IMG/VR virus record: IMGVR_UViG_3300046820_001896
Origin: a virus
Taxonomy: Duplodnaviria > Heunggongvirae > Uroviricota > Caudoviricetes
Strand: one strand, 5' to 3'
DNA length: 64,000 nt
The notes beneath the pieces are model-generated. The model was given only the letters and a program-made list of their open reading frames with translations, was not told the DNA's origin and searched no databases. Position 1 is the stretch's first letter. Every line of letters begins with the position of its first letter. This document shows positions 16,066 to 26,010 of the stretch, in pieces. Both the position numbers and the translations under genes were made by a program.

Positions 16066-16310
16066 TGATTATTAATAAAGATACACTCCGCAAAGAACTT
16101 AAAGAAGGTGTGAAAACGATCACCTTCACTAAGACTGATGGCACTCAACGTGTATTGAAGTGCACTCTACAAGAATTTGTGTTGCCACAAGTAGATGCTA
16201 CTAAATTAGTAACTGCCAAAAAGCAGAACGATGAAGCACTTGCAGTGTGGGACATTGAGAACGCAGGGTGGAGATCATTTAGGTATGATTCAATCATCAG
16301 CGTCGTATAA
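16062..16310 (+). CDS. hypothetical protein (82 aa)
   Basis: ORF with ATGA overlap of the upstream gene. Confidence 0.4.
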   Translation: MMIINKDTLRKELKEGVKTITFTKTDGTQRVLKCTLQEFVLPQVDATKLVTAKKQNDEALAVWDIENAGWRSFRYDSIISVV

Positions 16311-17046
16311 AGCTTTTGTCATTCATAAAGAAGATCAAGAGATAAGCAGTAAACTTGCTCAGGCTTGTGTAAACACGGGTAAAAAATTTGGTATACATGT
16401 TGAGAAGGTCAATGGACTATATCAACAAACTGCACAAGAATTTTTAGCTCATCACAACCTAAGACCTTATTTAGAGAATGGCAAAGAGACTCTACTAACA
16501 AAACAATTCCCACGAAAGGGTGTTTTGGCGAGTCATTATATGATGTGGTTGAAGTGTGCAGAGTTGGACGAACCAATCATCATCTTAGAACATGATGCTT
16601 TCTTTGTTCGACCTCTGCCAGAGGTTCATGGAAAGTTTACAGACTTTCTATCGCTTGATCCTCACACGAATGATCCTACTCAAGACACAGCTGAGTCACG
16701 TGCCACTTTCATAATGAATCCTAAATTATATGGAGAAAAAGTTATGAAAGATGGACCACAGACGATCGAACGTTTCTATGGTTATGGTAATTATACAGAT
16801 GAAATTAACTTCGAGCAGTTGAGGAATAGGTTCATTCGTGGTTCTCATGGATATATCATTACACCTGATGCATGTAAAAAACTTTTTAAAGTGATTGAAG
16901 AAATTGGTTATGTTACTAGTGATGTACAACTCAATTCATTATTCATAGAGATGTACATACTACAACCAAACGTAGTGCGAGTTAATGATTTTTTCTGCAA
17001 TACTTTTAATCATCAACGATATTCACATTGTAGTACCACAGTATAA
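16288..17046 (+). CDS. glycosyltransferase family 25-like protein
   Basis: Motif SHYMMWLKCAELDEPIIILEHDAFF resembles the GT25 signature (..SH..W......ILEDD). The start was chosen at the internal ATG carrying RBS ggag. Confidence 0.4.
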   Translation: MQSSASYKAFVIHKEDQEISSKLAQACVNTGKKFGIHVEKVNGLYQQTAQEFLAHHNLRPYLENGKETLLTKQFPRKGVLASHYMMWLKCAELDEPIIILEHDAFFVRPLPEVHGKFTDFLSLDPHTNDPTQDTAESRATFIMNPKLYGEKVMKDGPQTIERFYGYGNYTDEINFEQLRNRFIRGSHGYIITPDACKKLFKVIEEIGYVTSDVQLNSLFIEMYILQPNVVRVNDFFCNTFNHQRYSHCSTTV

Positions 17047-17049
17047 GCA

Positions 17050-17078
17050 TGTACTGCAGGAAATTAATGTGGTATAAT
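17050..17078 (+). promoter_or_regulatory. sigma70-like promoter (catgtact...aatgtggtataat)
   Basis: tgtact at 17050-17055, 17-nt spacer, tataat at 17073-17078. CDS begins at 17098 with RBS gaggag. Confidence 0.55.
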
Positions 17079-17097
17079 AATACAATGAGGAGAAAAT

Positions 17098-18294
17098 ATG
17101 GCAACAGTAAAGATTAATGGTAAGGCTTTCAAGCCACCAAAAAAGCGTATCACAAACCCATTGATGGTTGATGAGAAGTACACTGGAGAGGAACCGATCT
17201 TTGCTGGTGTCGAATTCAAAGACGAGACTCATCGCAAAGTCTCGTTAATGAGAGCTTTTAATTATTACAACTACTTCAATAGCGGTAAACACTTTAAGAA
17301 AGACTTGATTAAATATGCTAAAGACGAACTTAAATTCAGTAAAGACAAGCTTGAATTGTTGGATAGCTCGCCTGATTGGACTGCTGAACTACAATCTGGA
17401 GCTCTTTTGCGTATGCGTAGTCGCGGTCTTGTTCTTCGCGATGCAGAGTTTAAATACATAAACAACGTTCTCGAAAAAATGATGCTTGCGACTACACGCA
17501 AGATCAAAGAAGATGCTGTTGAAGATGCAAAAGATGCAGCAAACGGTCATGTTAAACGTGAAGTCATATCAGTACAAGAACGTCTTCGAATGAAAGTGGA
17601 TGCAACTGTATTAGGCGATCTCGAAGACATGCTCGATCAATGGATTATGGGAGAATCACCATTCATTGATGTATACGAAGCAATGAAAGCAGCCATTTTA
17701 CCTGCAATGGCATCTAAACATATCATTGATTGGTCTCAAAGGCATCTTGTGGAGATTCAAGGTGCTATAAATAAGACAGATCCTCAGTTAGTTGAGGGTT
17801 ATTCTCATCTTACATTAAAACGTAAGAAAGAATTTGCATCATGGTTCGAGGGTATTATTGCAGATGCTCAGCGTTTTGGTACTAACACTAAGACTGTCCG
17901 CAAAGCCCGTACGAAAAAACCTGTATCTCTCGAGAAACAAGTCTCGAAGCTCAAATACTTGAAGGAGTCGCCCGAGCATAAATTAGTTTCGATCAATCCG
18001 TCTCTGATAATCGGTGCCACAGAGTTGTGGACTTACAATGTTAAGTACAAATCTCTAACGCGCTATATCGCTGAGTCAGGTCTTGGGTTTGAAATCAAGG
18101 GCACTTCCCTTATCAAGTTTAATACTTCCGAATCCCAAACACGTACACTACGTAAGCCTGAAGAAACGTTATCAGAGGTGCTGTCGTCTTCAAAAACGAA
18201 AGCAGCCAAACTTTTTGCTTCACTTACTACGAAGCCTAAAGAACCAAATGGACGGATCAACGAAGATACGATCATTTTAAAGGTAACTAAATGA
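17098..18294 (+). CDS. hypothetical protein (398 aa)
   Basis: Strong RBS gaggagaaaat. Confidence 0.6.
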   Translation: MATVKINGKAFKPPKKRITNPLMVDEKYTGEEPIFAGVEFKDETHRKVSLMRAFNYYNYFNSGKHFKKDLIKYAKDELKFSKDKLELLDSSPDWTAELQSGALLRMRSRGLVLRDAEFKYINNVLEKMMLATTRKIKEDAVEDAKDAANGHVKREVISVQERLRMKVDATVLGDLEDMLDQWIMGESPFIDVYEAMKAAILPAMASKHIIDWSQRHLVEIQGAINKTDPQLVEGYSHLTLKRKKEFASWFEGIIADAQRFGTNTKTVRKARTKKPVSLEKQVSKLKYLKESPEHKLVSINPSLIIGATELWTYNVKYKSLTRYIAESGLGFEIKGTSLIKFNTSESQTRTLRKPEETLSEVLSSSKTKAAKLFASLTTKPKEPNGRINEDTIILKVTK

Positions 18295-18821
18295 CAGAAA
18301 TATTAATCGCGATCACTACATGGATATCGGCGTTGGTAAACCCGATTCCATTAAATGAGCAAGATGTATATTGTCTAACACGTAACGCATACTACGAAGC
18401 GAAAGGGGATTCGCAGATGTCACAGATCGCTGTGACACACGTAGTTTTAAATCGCATGAAAGATCCAGGTTTTCCTAAGAGTGCCTGCGATGTAGTCTAT
18501 CAAAAGACTAAACACGAAGCAAAGACTACATGTCAGTTTTCGTGGACATGCGATCGCCGATTAATGGGTCAACTTGCACCGCAAGAATCCGATATTTGGC
18601 AAGATTCTTTAGAATCAGTTCGTCAAGCACTAAAGATGTATTATCATCGCAATGTTGACGTAACACAAGGATCTACATTTTATCATGCGCACTATGTCAA
18701 TCCACAATGGAGAGGCGTAGAACGAGTAACAACAATTGGTAGCCACATATATTATAAGGTAAATGAAAAATGTCAGAACAACCAGAAGGCATGTTCACAA
18801 AAAAGTCGTTCAGCGATTTAG
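18291..18821 (+). CDS. SleB-like cell-wall hydrolase family protein
   Basis: CLTRNAYYEAKGDSQMSQIAVTHVVLNRM ... SACDVVYQ ... QFSW matches the Hydrolase_2 (SleB) pattern. Confidence 0.6.
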   Translation: MTEILIAITTWISALVNPIPLNEQDVYCLTRNAYYEAKGDSQMSQIAVTHVVLNRMKDPGFPKSACDVVYQKTKHEAKTTCQFSWTCDRRLMGQLAPQESDIWQDSLESVRQALKMYYHRNVDVTQGSTFYHAHYVNPQWRGVERVTTIGSHIYYKVNEKCQNNQKACSQKSRSAI

Positions 18822-19006
18822 TTCAAGAACGAGTTAAGAAGGATCGATCAACATACCTCGATGCAATCATGGATATTTGCAAAGAGCGTATGTTAGATCC
18901 AGAAGACGTGGCAAAAATGTTGAGTAATCCTATTAAAGCCAAACTCGAGGCTGAAGGGATGAATCTTGGTTATTTAAAGAAAAAGAATGAGTTACAGTTC
19001 GATTGA
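18770..19006 (+). CDS. hypothetical small protein
   Basis: ORF overlapping the 3' end of the upstream gene. The true start is uncertain. Confidence 0.3.
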   Translation: MSEQPEGMFTKKSFSDLVQERVKKDRSTYLDAIMDICKERMLDPEDVAKMLSNPIKAKLEAEGMNLGYLKKKNELQFD

Positions 19007-19607
19007 TGGCTTCACAGCATACCAAAAGTATATTGCAATTAAGTTGCACTTTGAATCAAAGACGTATGACTATTTCAAATACAATGGTAAATCGAGCGTA
19101 ACTCCTAAATCATTCTTTGCTCGTAGAGATAAGTACTTCTTTGCGAAACTAGTGAGGACGTATGGCATCGACGAGTTACCATACTTTTTTGCTTGTAACT
19201 TTGCACATCATGGTACGAAGTGGGTTGGTGGATTAACTGACGATCAAGCTGATGAGACGTATAAGTCTTATAAAAGTTTGTTAGAAAGTTTCACATATCG
19301 CTTCAAAAATGATATAGATAAAATTATATCGGTGAACGACTTCAAAAGTTTGTTTGTGGTAGAGGATGGACAACATCCTAAACTCGTTAAGATGTTAATT
19401 CAAAACGAGATACCACTCGAGACCTTTGTTGTCCTTAATCGATACATAGACTTCATGCCGAAGTTCGACAAAGAGATAACAGATCCCATCATGTGGCCTG
19501 ATATCTCGCTGAAGATCAGAAAGTATGATAAGTTTATTTCGGTGAATAACAAAAAAGTCGCAGAGGCGTTAAAAGATTGTTTACAATCGAATGCCGTTGT
19601 GGTATAA
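18987..19607 (+). CDS. gp59-like helicase loader
   Basis: RRDKYFFAKL and ETFVVLNRYIDFM correspond to T4 gp59 RRDKYFFQKL and ETFILLDSFLNII. It sits immediately upstream of the gp32-like gene, as in T4. Confidence 0.7.
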   Translation: MSYSSIDGFTAYQKYIAIKLHFESKTYDYFKYNGKSSVTPKSFFARRDKYFFAKLVRTYGIDELPYFFACNFAHHGTKWVGGLTDDQADETYKSYKSLLESFTYRFKNDIDKIISVNDFKSLFVVEDGQHPKLVKMLIQNEIPLETFVVLNRYIDFMPKFDKEITDPIMWPDISLKIRKYDKFISVNNKKVAEALKDCLQSNAVVV

Positions 19608-19608
19608 T
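19581..19608 (+). promoter_or_regulatory. sigma70-like promoter (ttacaa ... ttgtggtataat)
   Basis: ttacaa at 19581-19586, 16-nt spacer, tgtggtataat with tataat at 19603-19608. Confidence 0.5.
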
Positions 19609-19653
19609 AGTTATTCCATACAATGTTAAACACTGCTATATAAGGAACATAAT

Positions 19654-20550
19654 ATGTCATTAGCAAATCTCAAAGCAAATCGCGTTTCAGCGATCAACAA
19701 ACTAGTTGCAGCAGCCGAAAAAGTCGGCGGTGGTCAGCAACAATCTTTCGAAGACAATCGCATGTGGAAACCTGAGGTCGACAAAGCTGGTAACGGTTTT
19801 GCGGTCATTCGTTTCTTGCCAGCACCCGAAGGTGATGATTATCCATGGACTCGTTATTGGGACCACGGTTTTCAAGGTCCTGGTGGTTGGTACATCGAAA
19901 AGTCTTTGACTTCCATCGGTGGTCAAGATCCAGTTTCTGAAATCAACTCTAAACTATGGAATAGTGGTTTAGAATCTGATAAGGATATCGCACGTAAACA
20001 GAAGCGTCGTCTTCACTACGTATCGAACATCCTCGTTGTTTCAGATCCAGCTCATCCCGAAAATGAAGGTAAAGTATTCCTCTTCCAATATGGTAAGAAG
20101 ATCTATGACAAGATGATGGATGTTATGCAACCACAATTCCAAGACGAAACACCGGTTAATCCTTTCGATCTATGGGAAGGTGCAAACTTTAAGTTGAAGA
20201 TTCGCAACGTTGAAGGTTATCGTAACTATGACAAATCAGAGTTCGATAAGCAAAGCGCTGTTGCAAATGGCGATGAAGAAGAACTTGAAGCAATCTATTC
20301 TAAGTGCTACTCACTCAAAGAGTTCACTGATCCTAAGACTTACAAAACTTATGATGAATTGAAAGCAAAGCTCGAGCGTGTATTGGGTGGTTCCGCACCA
20401 CGTACTACTGCTGAGTCCATCACTCTTGATGAATCAGCTACTGCACCATCAGTTGGTAAGACTAAGTTCGCACCAGTTGAAGCATCAGATGACGAAGCAG
20501 GTGACGACGAAACTTTGTCATACTTCTCACGTCTAGCTAAAGAAGCTTAA
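19654..20550 (+). CDS. gp32-like single-stranded DNA-binding protein
   Basis: GNGFAVIRFLP, HGF, WYIE, NILVV.DPA.PENEGKVF....GKKI.DK and PWEGANF all align with T4 gp32 motifs. Acidic C-terminal tail. Confidence 0.85.
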   Translation: MSLANLKANRVSAINKLVAAAEKVGGGQQQSFEDNRMWKPEVDKAGNGFAVIRFLPAPEGDDYPWTRYWDHGFQGPGGWYIEKSLTSIGGQDPVSEINSKLWNSGLESDKDIARKQKRRLHYVSNILVVSDPAHPENEGKVFLFQYGKKIYDKMMDVMQPQFQDETPVNPFDLWEGANFKLKIRNVEGYRNYDKSEFDKQSAVANGDEEELEAIYSKCYSLKEFTDPKTYKTYDELKAKLERVLGGSAPRTTAESITLDESATAPSVGKTKFAPVEASDDEAGDDETLSYFSRLAKEA

Positions 20551-20555
20551 TTGAG

Positions 20556-20586
20556 TTATGGGTGGGGGAAACTCCACCCATTTTAT
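20556..20586 (+). terminator. rho-independent terminator after the gp32-like gene
   Basis: gggtggg-ggaaact-ccaccc followed by attttat. Confidence 0.5.
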
Positions 20587-20589
20587 ACT

Positions 20590-21003
20590 ATGAATGAACA
20601 CGACGAATTTTTCCCCTTCGAAATCAACCACGATATGATTATGCGCGCCGATATGATGACGTGCACACATGACTGTGTCCGTATGATTCAGAAGAACGAA
20701 TACCTAACTGTAGGTGAATACTTACAGAGCATTACAACAAGTCAACTCGACGAGATGCTAGATGTTGCAGAGAATGAAGACAATCCAAAGATGGAGGAAT
20801 TCCTTCTTATTGCAGAGATGCTAGCACGAGCAGAAGGTTTAGAAGGATCAGAGGATTTTGATGTACTTCATAAACGACTAAATATTTTCCTTGCATTGAT
20901 TGCAATTGAGAGTCTCTATCGTAGAGGTATGATTAGAATCTATCGCGAGAATATGTCATTCGGCGATGATATGAATACGAAGAAAATAGCAGAGAAGTTG
21001 TAA
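20590..21003 (+). CDS. hypothetical protein
   Basis: The listed start 20551 lies inside the terminator hairpin. The next in-frame ATG at 20590 is used. Confidence 0.45.
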   Translation: MNEHDEFFPFEINHDMIMRADMMTCTHDCVRMIQKNEYLTVGEYLQSITTSQLDEMLDVAENEDNPKMEEFLLIAEMLARAEGLEGSEDFDVLHKRLNIFLALIAIESLYRRGMIRIYRENMSFGDDMNTKKIAEKL

Positions 21004-21318
21004 ATGGCTGGTGTTTACAAGCAAAAAGAATGTAAGCAGTGCGGAGAGGTTCACAGAAAACGTGGACCTTTTTGCTCTCAAGCTTGTTCTAATTCTTTTC
21101 GTGAAGTAGGCATAAAGACAAAGCTATTGCATTCTCATAATGCTAAAGAATGGAAGAAAACACCCGAAGGTGTAGCGAGTACAAAGAAGTTTGCGCGTGA
21201 TATTGAGACTCATAAGAAGAATGAGGAACGTAGAGCAAACGGTGAATATGTATTACAAGAAGATGATTGGTATGTGCTACCACCATCTGATTATGATGAC
21301 GATGGTATTGAACTATGA
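21004..21318 (+). CDS. zinc-ribbon protein
   Basis: CKQCGEVH...CSQAC provides four Cys. Confidence 0.5.
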   Translation: MAGVYKQKECKQCGEVHRKRGPFCSQACSNSFREVGIKTKLLHSHNAKEWKKTPEGVASTKKFARDIETHKKNEERRANGEYVLQEDDWYVLPPSDYDDDGIEL

Positions 21319-21509
21319 CAAACAGAGATAAACAAAAAGCAAGATGTGAGTTGATGGTTGAAGCATTAGTTGGTAAAGAAATGGCACCAAAATGGTGGGC
21401 ATCTCCAAATAAAGCATTTAAAGATCAAACACCATTCGTTGCTTTTGAATTAAATTCAGATGAAGTGCATGATTATTTGGCATGGCATTGTTACGGAGGA
21501 TTCGCATAA
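21315..21509 (+). CDS. hypothetical small protein
   Basis: ORF with ATGA overlap of the upstream gene. Confidence 0.4.
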   Translation: MTNRDKQKARCELMVEALVGKEMAPKWWASPNKAFKDQTPFVAFELNSDEVHDYLAWHCYGGFA

Positions 21510-21669
21510 TGGTACCATGGATTGATGTGATTAATTTTTTAGGATTTAACATCTCATACGTAAAAAGTGATCGTATGTGGAATTGGGGTTTCCACATAGG
21601 ATGGGCATATAAACGATTTAATATTTCGTTAAATATAAATCCCACAATTAAAGATGATTATGGGTTGTC

Positions 21670-21921
21670 ATGATGTATGTAATAGCAGGAACTTATGAAG
21701 AATATAATAATTTCATAAAAGGTAGAAATTACAACACTAGTGAATATAAGTATGTTACCAACGCAAATAGTTTGCGAGGTGTGACAGATCCCCATGGTTT
21801 TTTTGTGGGAACTTGGGAGAAAAGACTCGATCGTGATGATATTCTCTCTCAATTGTGGATGTGTACACGTACACGAAATCCTTTACTCGACGATATCATC
21901 GAAGAAGTCGATAAAGGTTAA
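21670..21921 (+). CDS. hypothetical small protein
   Basis: ORF only. Confidence 0.35.
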   Translation: MMYVIAGTYEEYNNFIKGRNYNTSEYKYVTNANSLRGVTDPHGFFVGTWEKRLDRDDILSQLWMCTRTRNPLLDDIIEEVDKG

Positions 21922-21936
21922 TTAAAGGAAATAAAA

Positions 21937-22518
21937 ATGAATGTATATATTTTGTTAGATCGTAGTGGCTCAATGCAAACCATGTGGGGAGAAGCATTAG
22001 GTTCAATCAATGGTTATGTTAAGAAGTTAAACAAAAAAGATAAAGTGCACTTAGCCGTATTTGATAGCGTATCGCATGATGTAGTACGTGATTGCACAGT
22101 TGAGAAGTGGAAAGATATCAACACTGAAGAAGTATCTCCAAGAGGTGGTACACCATTATATGACTCATGCGGCAAAGTCATGTCATTGGCTGAAGAAGCA
22201 GACGCACGTAAAACATTAATGGTTGTAATGACTGATGGATTTGAGAACGCATCACATGAGTATACACAAGCAGCGATCAAAGCTAAAGTAGAATCATGGA
22301 CTGATAAGAAATGGGAAGTAGTATTCCTTGGTGCAAACTTTGATGCAGTTGAATCCGTATCGAACTCTATCGGTGTAGTTGGTTCTAAGACATTGAACTA
22401 TGGTGTCGGTAATTTTGCTCGCGGTATGGATACATTGATGGCATCTACTATGGCATACGCTAGTGGTGCATCAATCAACTTTAGCGACGCAGATAAGCAA
22501 GCAGCAGCAGGAAAATAA
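21937..22518 (+). CDS. von Willebrand factor A (vWA) domain protein
   Basis: MIDAS motif LLDRSGSM ... GGTPL ... MTDG. RBS aaaggaaat. Confidence 0.7.
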   Translation: MNVYILLDRSGSMQTMWGEALGSINGYVKKLNKKDKVHLAVFDSVSHDVVRDCTVEKWKDINTEEVSPRGGTPLYDSCGKVMSLAEEADARKTLMVVMTDGFENASHEYTQAAIKAKVESWTDKKWEVVFLGANFDAVESVSNSIGVVGSKTLNYGVGNFARGMDTLMASTMAYASGASINFSDADKQAAAGK

Positions 22519-22538
22519 CTCGCAACGCAATTACATGC

Positions 22539-22563
22539 AGCCACCTTCGGGTGGCTTTTTTAT
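22539..22563 (+). terminator. rho-independent terminator
   Basis: agccacc-ttcg-ggtggct followed by TTTTTTT. Confidence 0.8.
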
Positions 22564-22566
22564 TGG

Positions 22567-22595
22567 TGTACAGCAGAGAATAAATGTGGTATAAT
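22567..22595 (+). promoter_or_regulatory. sigma70-like promoter (tgtaca ... aatgtggtataat)
   Basis: tgtaca at 22567-22572, 17-nt spacer, tataat at 22590-22595. Confidence 0.55.
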
Positions 22596-22626
22596 ATACC
22601 CATAACTGCAATTTTTAAGGATTACA

Positions 22627-22938
22627 ATGAGTGAATATACACCCGATCGATGGGTTTTGGTTGAATTGACTGTCACAGAGACAGGTGAGACACACACGAA
22701 AGTGTTTGCTGGTTGGTACGGCGGATACGGTGGTGCAGACTCATGGAAATTATCTTCGGGTGTTGTGAACACTGAAGATCGTGATGACTATTATGAATTC
22801 ACCAATCATAGTGGATCTGTCTATCGATGCTATAAGAATGCACAAGGAATGGGTGCATATATGAGTAGCGTTTACAGCGGTTTCCAACGTGATGCTGAGA
22901 AGACCGGTAAGTTTACCATGAATGTATTGAACATGTAA
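22627..22938 (+). CDS. hypothetical protein
   Basis: RBS taagga precedes the ATG. Confidence 0.5.
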   Translation: MSEYTPDRWVLVELTVTETGETHTKVFAGWYGGYGGADSWKLSSGVVNTEDRDDYYEFTNHSGSVYRCYKNAQGMGAYMSSVYSGFQRDAEKTGKFTMNVLNM

Positions 22939-22939
22939 T

Positions 22940-23221
22940 ATGTTGACACTATTTAAAACTGTTACAGAAGATGAAGCACGACCAGTGCCTCAAGAATCTC
23001 TTGATGAGATACTCATAGAACTATTAAATTATGGACAACCACGAATTGGTGTCTATGGTAGTGATATGAAATGGCATTGTAACGTTGAAATGAATACTAA
23101 CACAATCGGATCAGATTTTAAAGTACGTTCAGAATGGAATCATGCAACTCCGATTGAAGCAGCAAAAATATGCAGAGATCGTGTAGTGAAAGCAGTAGCA
23201 ATCTATAAGGAAATCAAATGA
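22940..23221 (+). CDS. hypothetical protein
   Basis: Tightly packed ORF. Confidence 0.45.
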   Translation: MLTLFKTVTEDEARPVPQESLDEILIELLNYGQPRIGVYGSDMKWHCNVEMNTNTIGSDFKVRSEWNHATPIEAAKICRDRVVKAVAIYKEIK

Positions 23222-23469
23222 TTTTAGATTATGAGAATCGTATCTATCTGAGCAAGCGCAACTTGCTGACCCTTCTATCCAAACTCGAGCGATTCGAGAA
23301 AGGTGAGGAGACTAAGTGTACGATCATTAAGAATGCCAATCCATTAGATCCATATTGTCAAACCATTGACGAGATCGCAGTCATTGCCATTCCCGATGAA
23401 CACTACTATACAAAGAGAAGTGCTGGACCTATGCACCCATCAGATGAAGCAAACATTAAAGGTAAGTGA
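23218..23469 (+). CDS. hypothetical protein
   Basis: ATGA overlap. Confidence 0.45.
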   Translation: MILDYENRIYLSKRNLLTLLSKLERFEKGEETKCTIIKNANPLDPYCQTIDEIAVIAIPDEHYYTKRSAGPMHPSDEANIKGK

Positions 23470-23813
23470 TGTTACAATACTCTGAAGAATACGATGCGTA
23501 TTATGACGACCAAACCAATGAATGGGTTGATAGTCGGTGTTGTGATCCCGCATGTGAATATTGTAGCAATAGACCAAAGAAACCTATGCATGAGACAAAC
23601 ACTGACAATCCTATTGATTTCCCACCTGTAAAGAATGATCTCGTATATCGGCTAAACAAACGAGCTGAGATTCGCCGTCAAATCACCACACGAAAATCAG
23701 TACAGGAAGGTGCACCTGATAGGATTGCAGACCTATTAGAGGAAGCAGCACAGAGGATCGCCATCCTCGAGAAGAACATTGCTATGATGAAGGAAGAAAA
23801 CAATGGAAAATGA
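23466..23813 (+). CDS. hypothetical protein with CDPACEYC motif
   Basis: ATGA overlap. Confidence 0.45.
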   Translation: MMLQYSEEYDAYYDDQTNEWVDSRCCDPACEYCSNRPKKPMHETNTDNPIDFPPVKNDLVYRLNKRAEIRRQITTRKSVQEGAPDRIADLLEEAAQRIAILEKNIAMMKEENNGK

Positions 23814-24138
23814 ATGTAAGCGCGAATTGAATTGGTGGGAACACTACCCACTACATCAACTATGGTGCAATGATCTGTGCCCACTAGTCCCACGATTCTC
23901 ATATCGACCTAAGGATGAATGGAATGCCGCAGATGTGAGTGTGCATTGGCTTATTTTCCACGTATGGACACTCAGTCATGTAAGCATTCAATTTGACCTT
24001 GAAATCTCCCCATCCTGTATCGGGTTCGGTGCCATCCTTCCGTATCTTCGTGTGTTTGTTGGTCCTCGTCATATGCATGGACCAATCGGCCAGTTTTTCT
24101 ATAAGTACCTCACACGTAAAGGAACCTCAAGATGGTAA
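23803..24138 (+). CDS. hypothetical protein (Trp/His-rich)
   Basis: ORF only. Confidence 0.4.
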   Translation: MENECKRELNWWEHYPLHQLWCNDLCPLVPRFSYRPKDEWNAADVSVHWLIFHVWTLSHVSIQFDLEISPSCIGFGAILPYLRVFVGPRHMHGPIGQFFYKYLTRKGTSRW

Positions 24139-24332
24139 AATCATTCCTTCATACAGAAGACATAGATCGCATCAAGGCACTGATGGAAGCCATTGATTAT
24201 GATGGTAACTTTGAGATCGAGATCGATGAATCCTCAGGCATAGGAAGGACAGTCATTGTACATGTACCATATTCAGTCAATTCATTGCGTGGTACATTTT
24301 CTTATATTATTTCAAATGTGGAGAACTGGTAA
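24132..24332 (+). CDS. hypothetical small protein
   Basis: ORF only. Confidence 0.4.
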   Translation: MVKSFLHTEDIDRIKALMEAIDYDGNFEIEIDESSGIGRTVIVHVPYSVNSLRGTFSYIISNVENW

Positions 24333-24841
24333 TGAGTAACTATGAAAAACATGCATTGATGGAATTCCGTGCTGCAGGATGGATAGATGAGAATGGTAAT
24401 TATATCGATGAGATGCAAGAGATGATTTGTCGTCATGTACTTGCATTACTTGATGTATTCGATGGTGAGGGACATAGTGGATCCTCTGCACCGTATGCTA
24501 TCAATTTATTCTCCAAACTTGCTAAGTTTGATCCTGTTGTGCCATTGACTGGTGAAGATTGGGAATGGACTGAGGTAAGCGAACGAATGGGTAGCAAGTG
24601 TTGGCAAAACAAACGATGCGGTAAGGTGTTCAAGGATGAGGATGGACGAGCATACGATATCGATGGGAAAGTTTTTTGGGAATGGAGTGGTACGAAGGAA
24701 GATCCATATAAGTCGCACTACACATGCCGAGAATCTCGTGTGTATGTCACCTTCCCATATACTCCATCGACTGAGTATGTGTATCGATACTCTGATGCCA
24801 CTCCACCTGCCCCACCACAAACAGAGCAAGGGTTACTATGA
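24332..24841 (+). CDS. hypothetical protein
   Basis: ORF; GC content visibly higher than the window average. Confidence 0.45.
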   Translation: MSNYEKHALMEFRAAGWIDENGNYIDEMQEMICRHVLALLDVFDGEGHSGSSAPYAINLFSKLAKFDPVVPLTGEDWEWTEVSERMGSKCWQNKRCGKVFKDEDGRAYDIDGKVFWEWSGTKEDPYKSHYTCRESRVYVTFPYTPSTEYVYRYSDATPPAPPQTEQGLL

Positions 24842-25294
24842 GCATAAGTTATGTAACCATTATGGTTGTAATATGGATGAACTCCGCGGGCCCTCAGATC
24901 ACAGTCACAGAGGTCAGTTCAGCATCTAATTGTTATGAGGCAAAAATGCAGATCGAGGCCTATGGCAAAAAGTTTAGGAAAGACTGGGATGTCAACGTAT
25001 TATGCATCAAGAAGTAAAGAAGTGGTGTAATCGGTGTCAGAGGTACCACGATGCCAAACCGGTCGATCCACAAAAAATCATAGAACAACATGCCATGGAT
25101 CTTGCCAAACACATAGATCGTATGGTCATAGAGGAACTAAAGAATGAAAAATGACGCAATATTCTATGGATCAATTGTAGCTATGTTTGCATTCATGACA
25201 GGTAGTCCATTCATTGCACTAACGATCTTCCTCCTCTCCCTCTTGGCATCATAATAATAGTCTATCGTTTTGCATGTAATACTATCTTCCTACA

Positions 25295-25322
25295 TGTACA
25301 AACTCACCCATTGTGATAGAAT
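25295..25322 (+). promoter_or_regulatory. sigma70-like promoter (catgtaca ... ttgtgatagaat)
   Basis: tgtaca at 25295-25300, 16-nt spacer, tagaat at 25317-25322. CDS begins at 25356. Confidence 0.45.
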
Positions 25323-25355
25323 AGGTTCTAACAGATTAAGAAAAGGACTAAGAAA

Positions 25356-25541
25356 ATGTACGGATACCTGCAAAGCTCATATGAACAAGACTTGGAAGTA
25401 GTCAAAGCCAAACTCGCCGAGGAAGGCATTCTCCACTACACAACATATAAGGCTAATCACTGTGTTGGTGTAAATTATGGTCGAGTCAGTGCATATTATA
25501 TTGTTCGTAATGGTAAGGTTGTAGATGTCCAAATCGATTGA
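25356..25541 (+). CDS. hypothetical small protein
   Basis: RBS aaaagga. Confidence 0.4.
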   Translation: MYGYLQSSYEQDLEVVKAKLAEEGILHYTTYKANHCVGVNYGRVSAYYIVRNGKVVDVQID

Positions 25542-25607
25542 AAATTTCCTCGCTAAACTCGCCTCTGATAAAGAGATCATGAACGTATTGAAAAGAATGG
25601 CTAATAA

Positions 25608-25850
25608 ATGAATACTAAGACTCGCACCCTCTACTCCCTCGAACTCGACATTTGCTCAGAATACCCAACCTCTGAACTCGATCAGGACATGTCAAACTAT
25701 GGATTAGTAGCTGAACTCATCGATCCAAATGGACCAGGAGGAGGCAATCCAGTCTACAAATTCTCATCATATAATAAGGACGACCTTCTCGCCTTCGCCG
25801 AGGTATGTGGATATGATGATGCAGAGGAATACCTCGAGGAAACAGTATGA
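25608..25850 (+). CDS. hypothetical acidic protein
   Basis: ORF only. Confidence 0.4.
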   Translation: MNTKTRTLYSLELDICSEYPTSELDQDMSNYGLVAELIDPNGPGGGNPVYKFSSYNKDDLLAFAEVCGYDDAEEYLEETV

Positions 25851-26010
25851 ACAAAATAGAATACGATAACACCACCTCTCTTACCCATTTCATGGACCTA
25901 TTCACTATCAATAGATTAGAGAGAACGATCTACTTTGAGGAGAACTGCACTCCCCAAAACACCGAACTCATTAATTCATGTAAAGTAGTAGTAGAACATC
26001 TAAAAGCTGT

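Noticed and set aside
20551-20589. annotated start of ORF 20551-21003
   Set aside because: The first 36 nt form the terminator hairpin of the gp32-like gene. The downstream ATG is more plausible.
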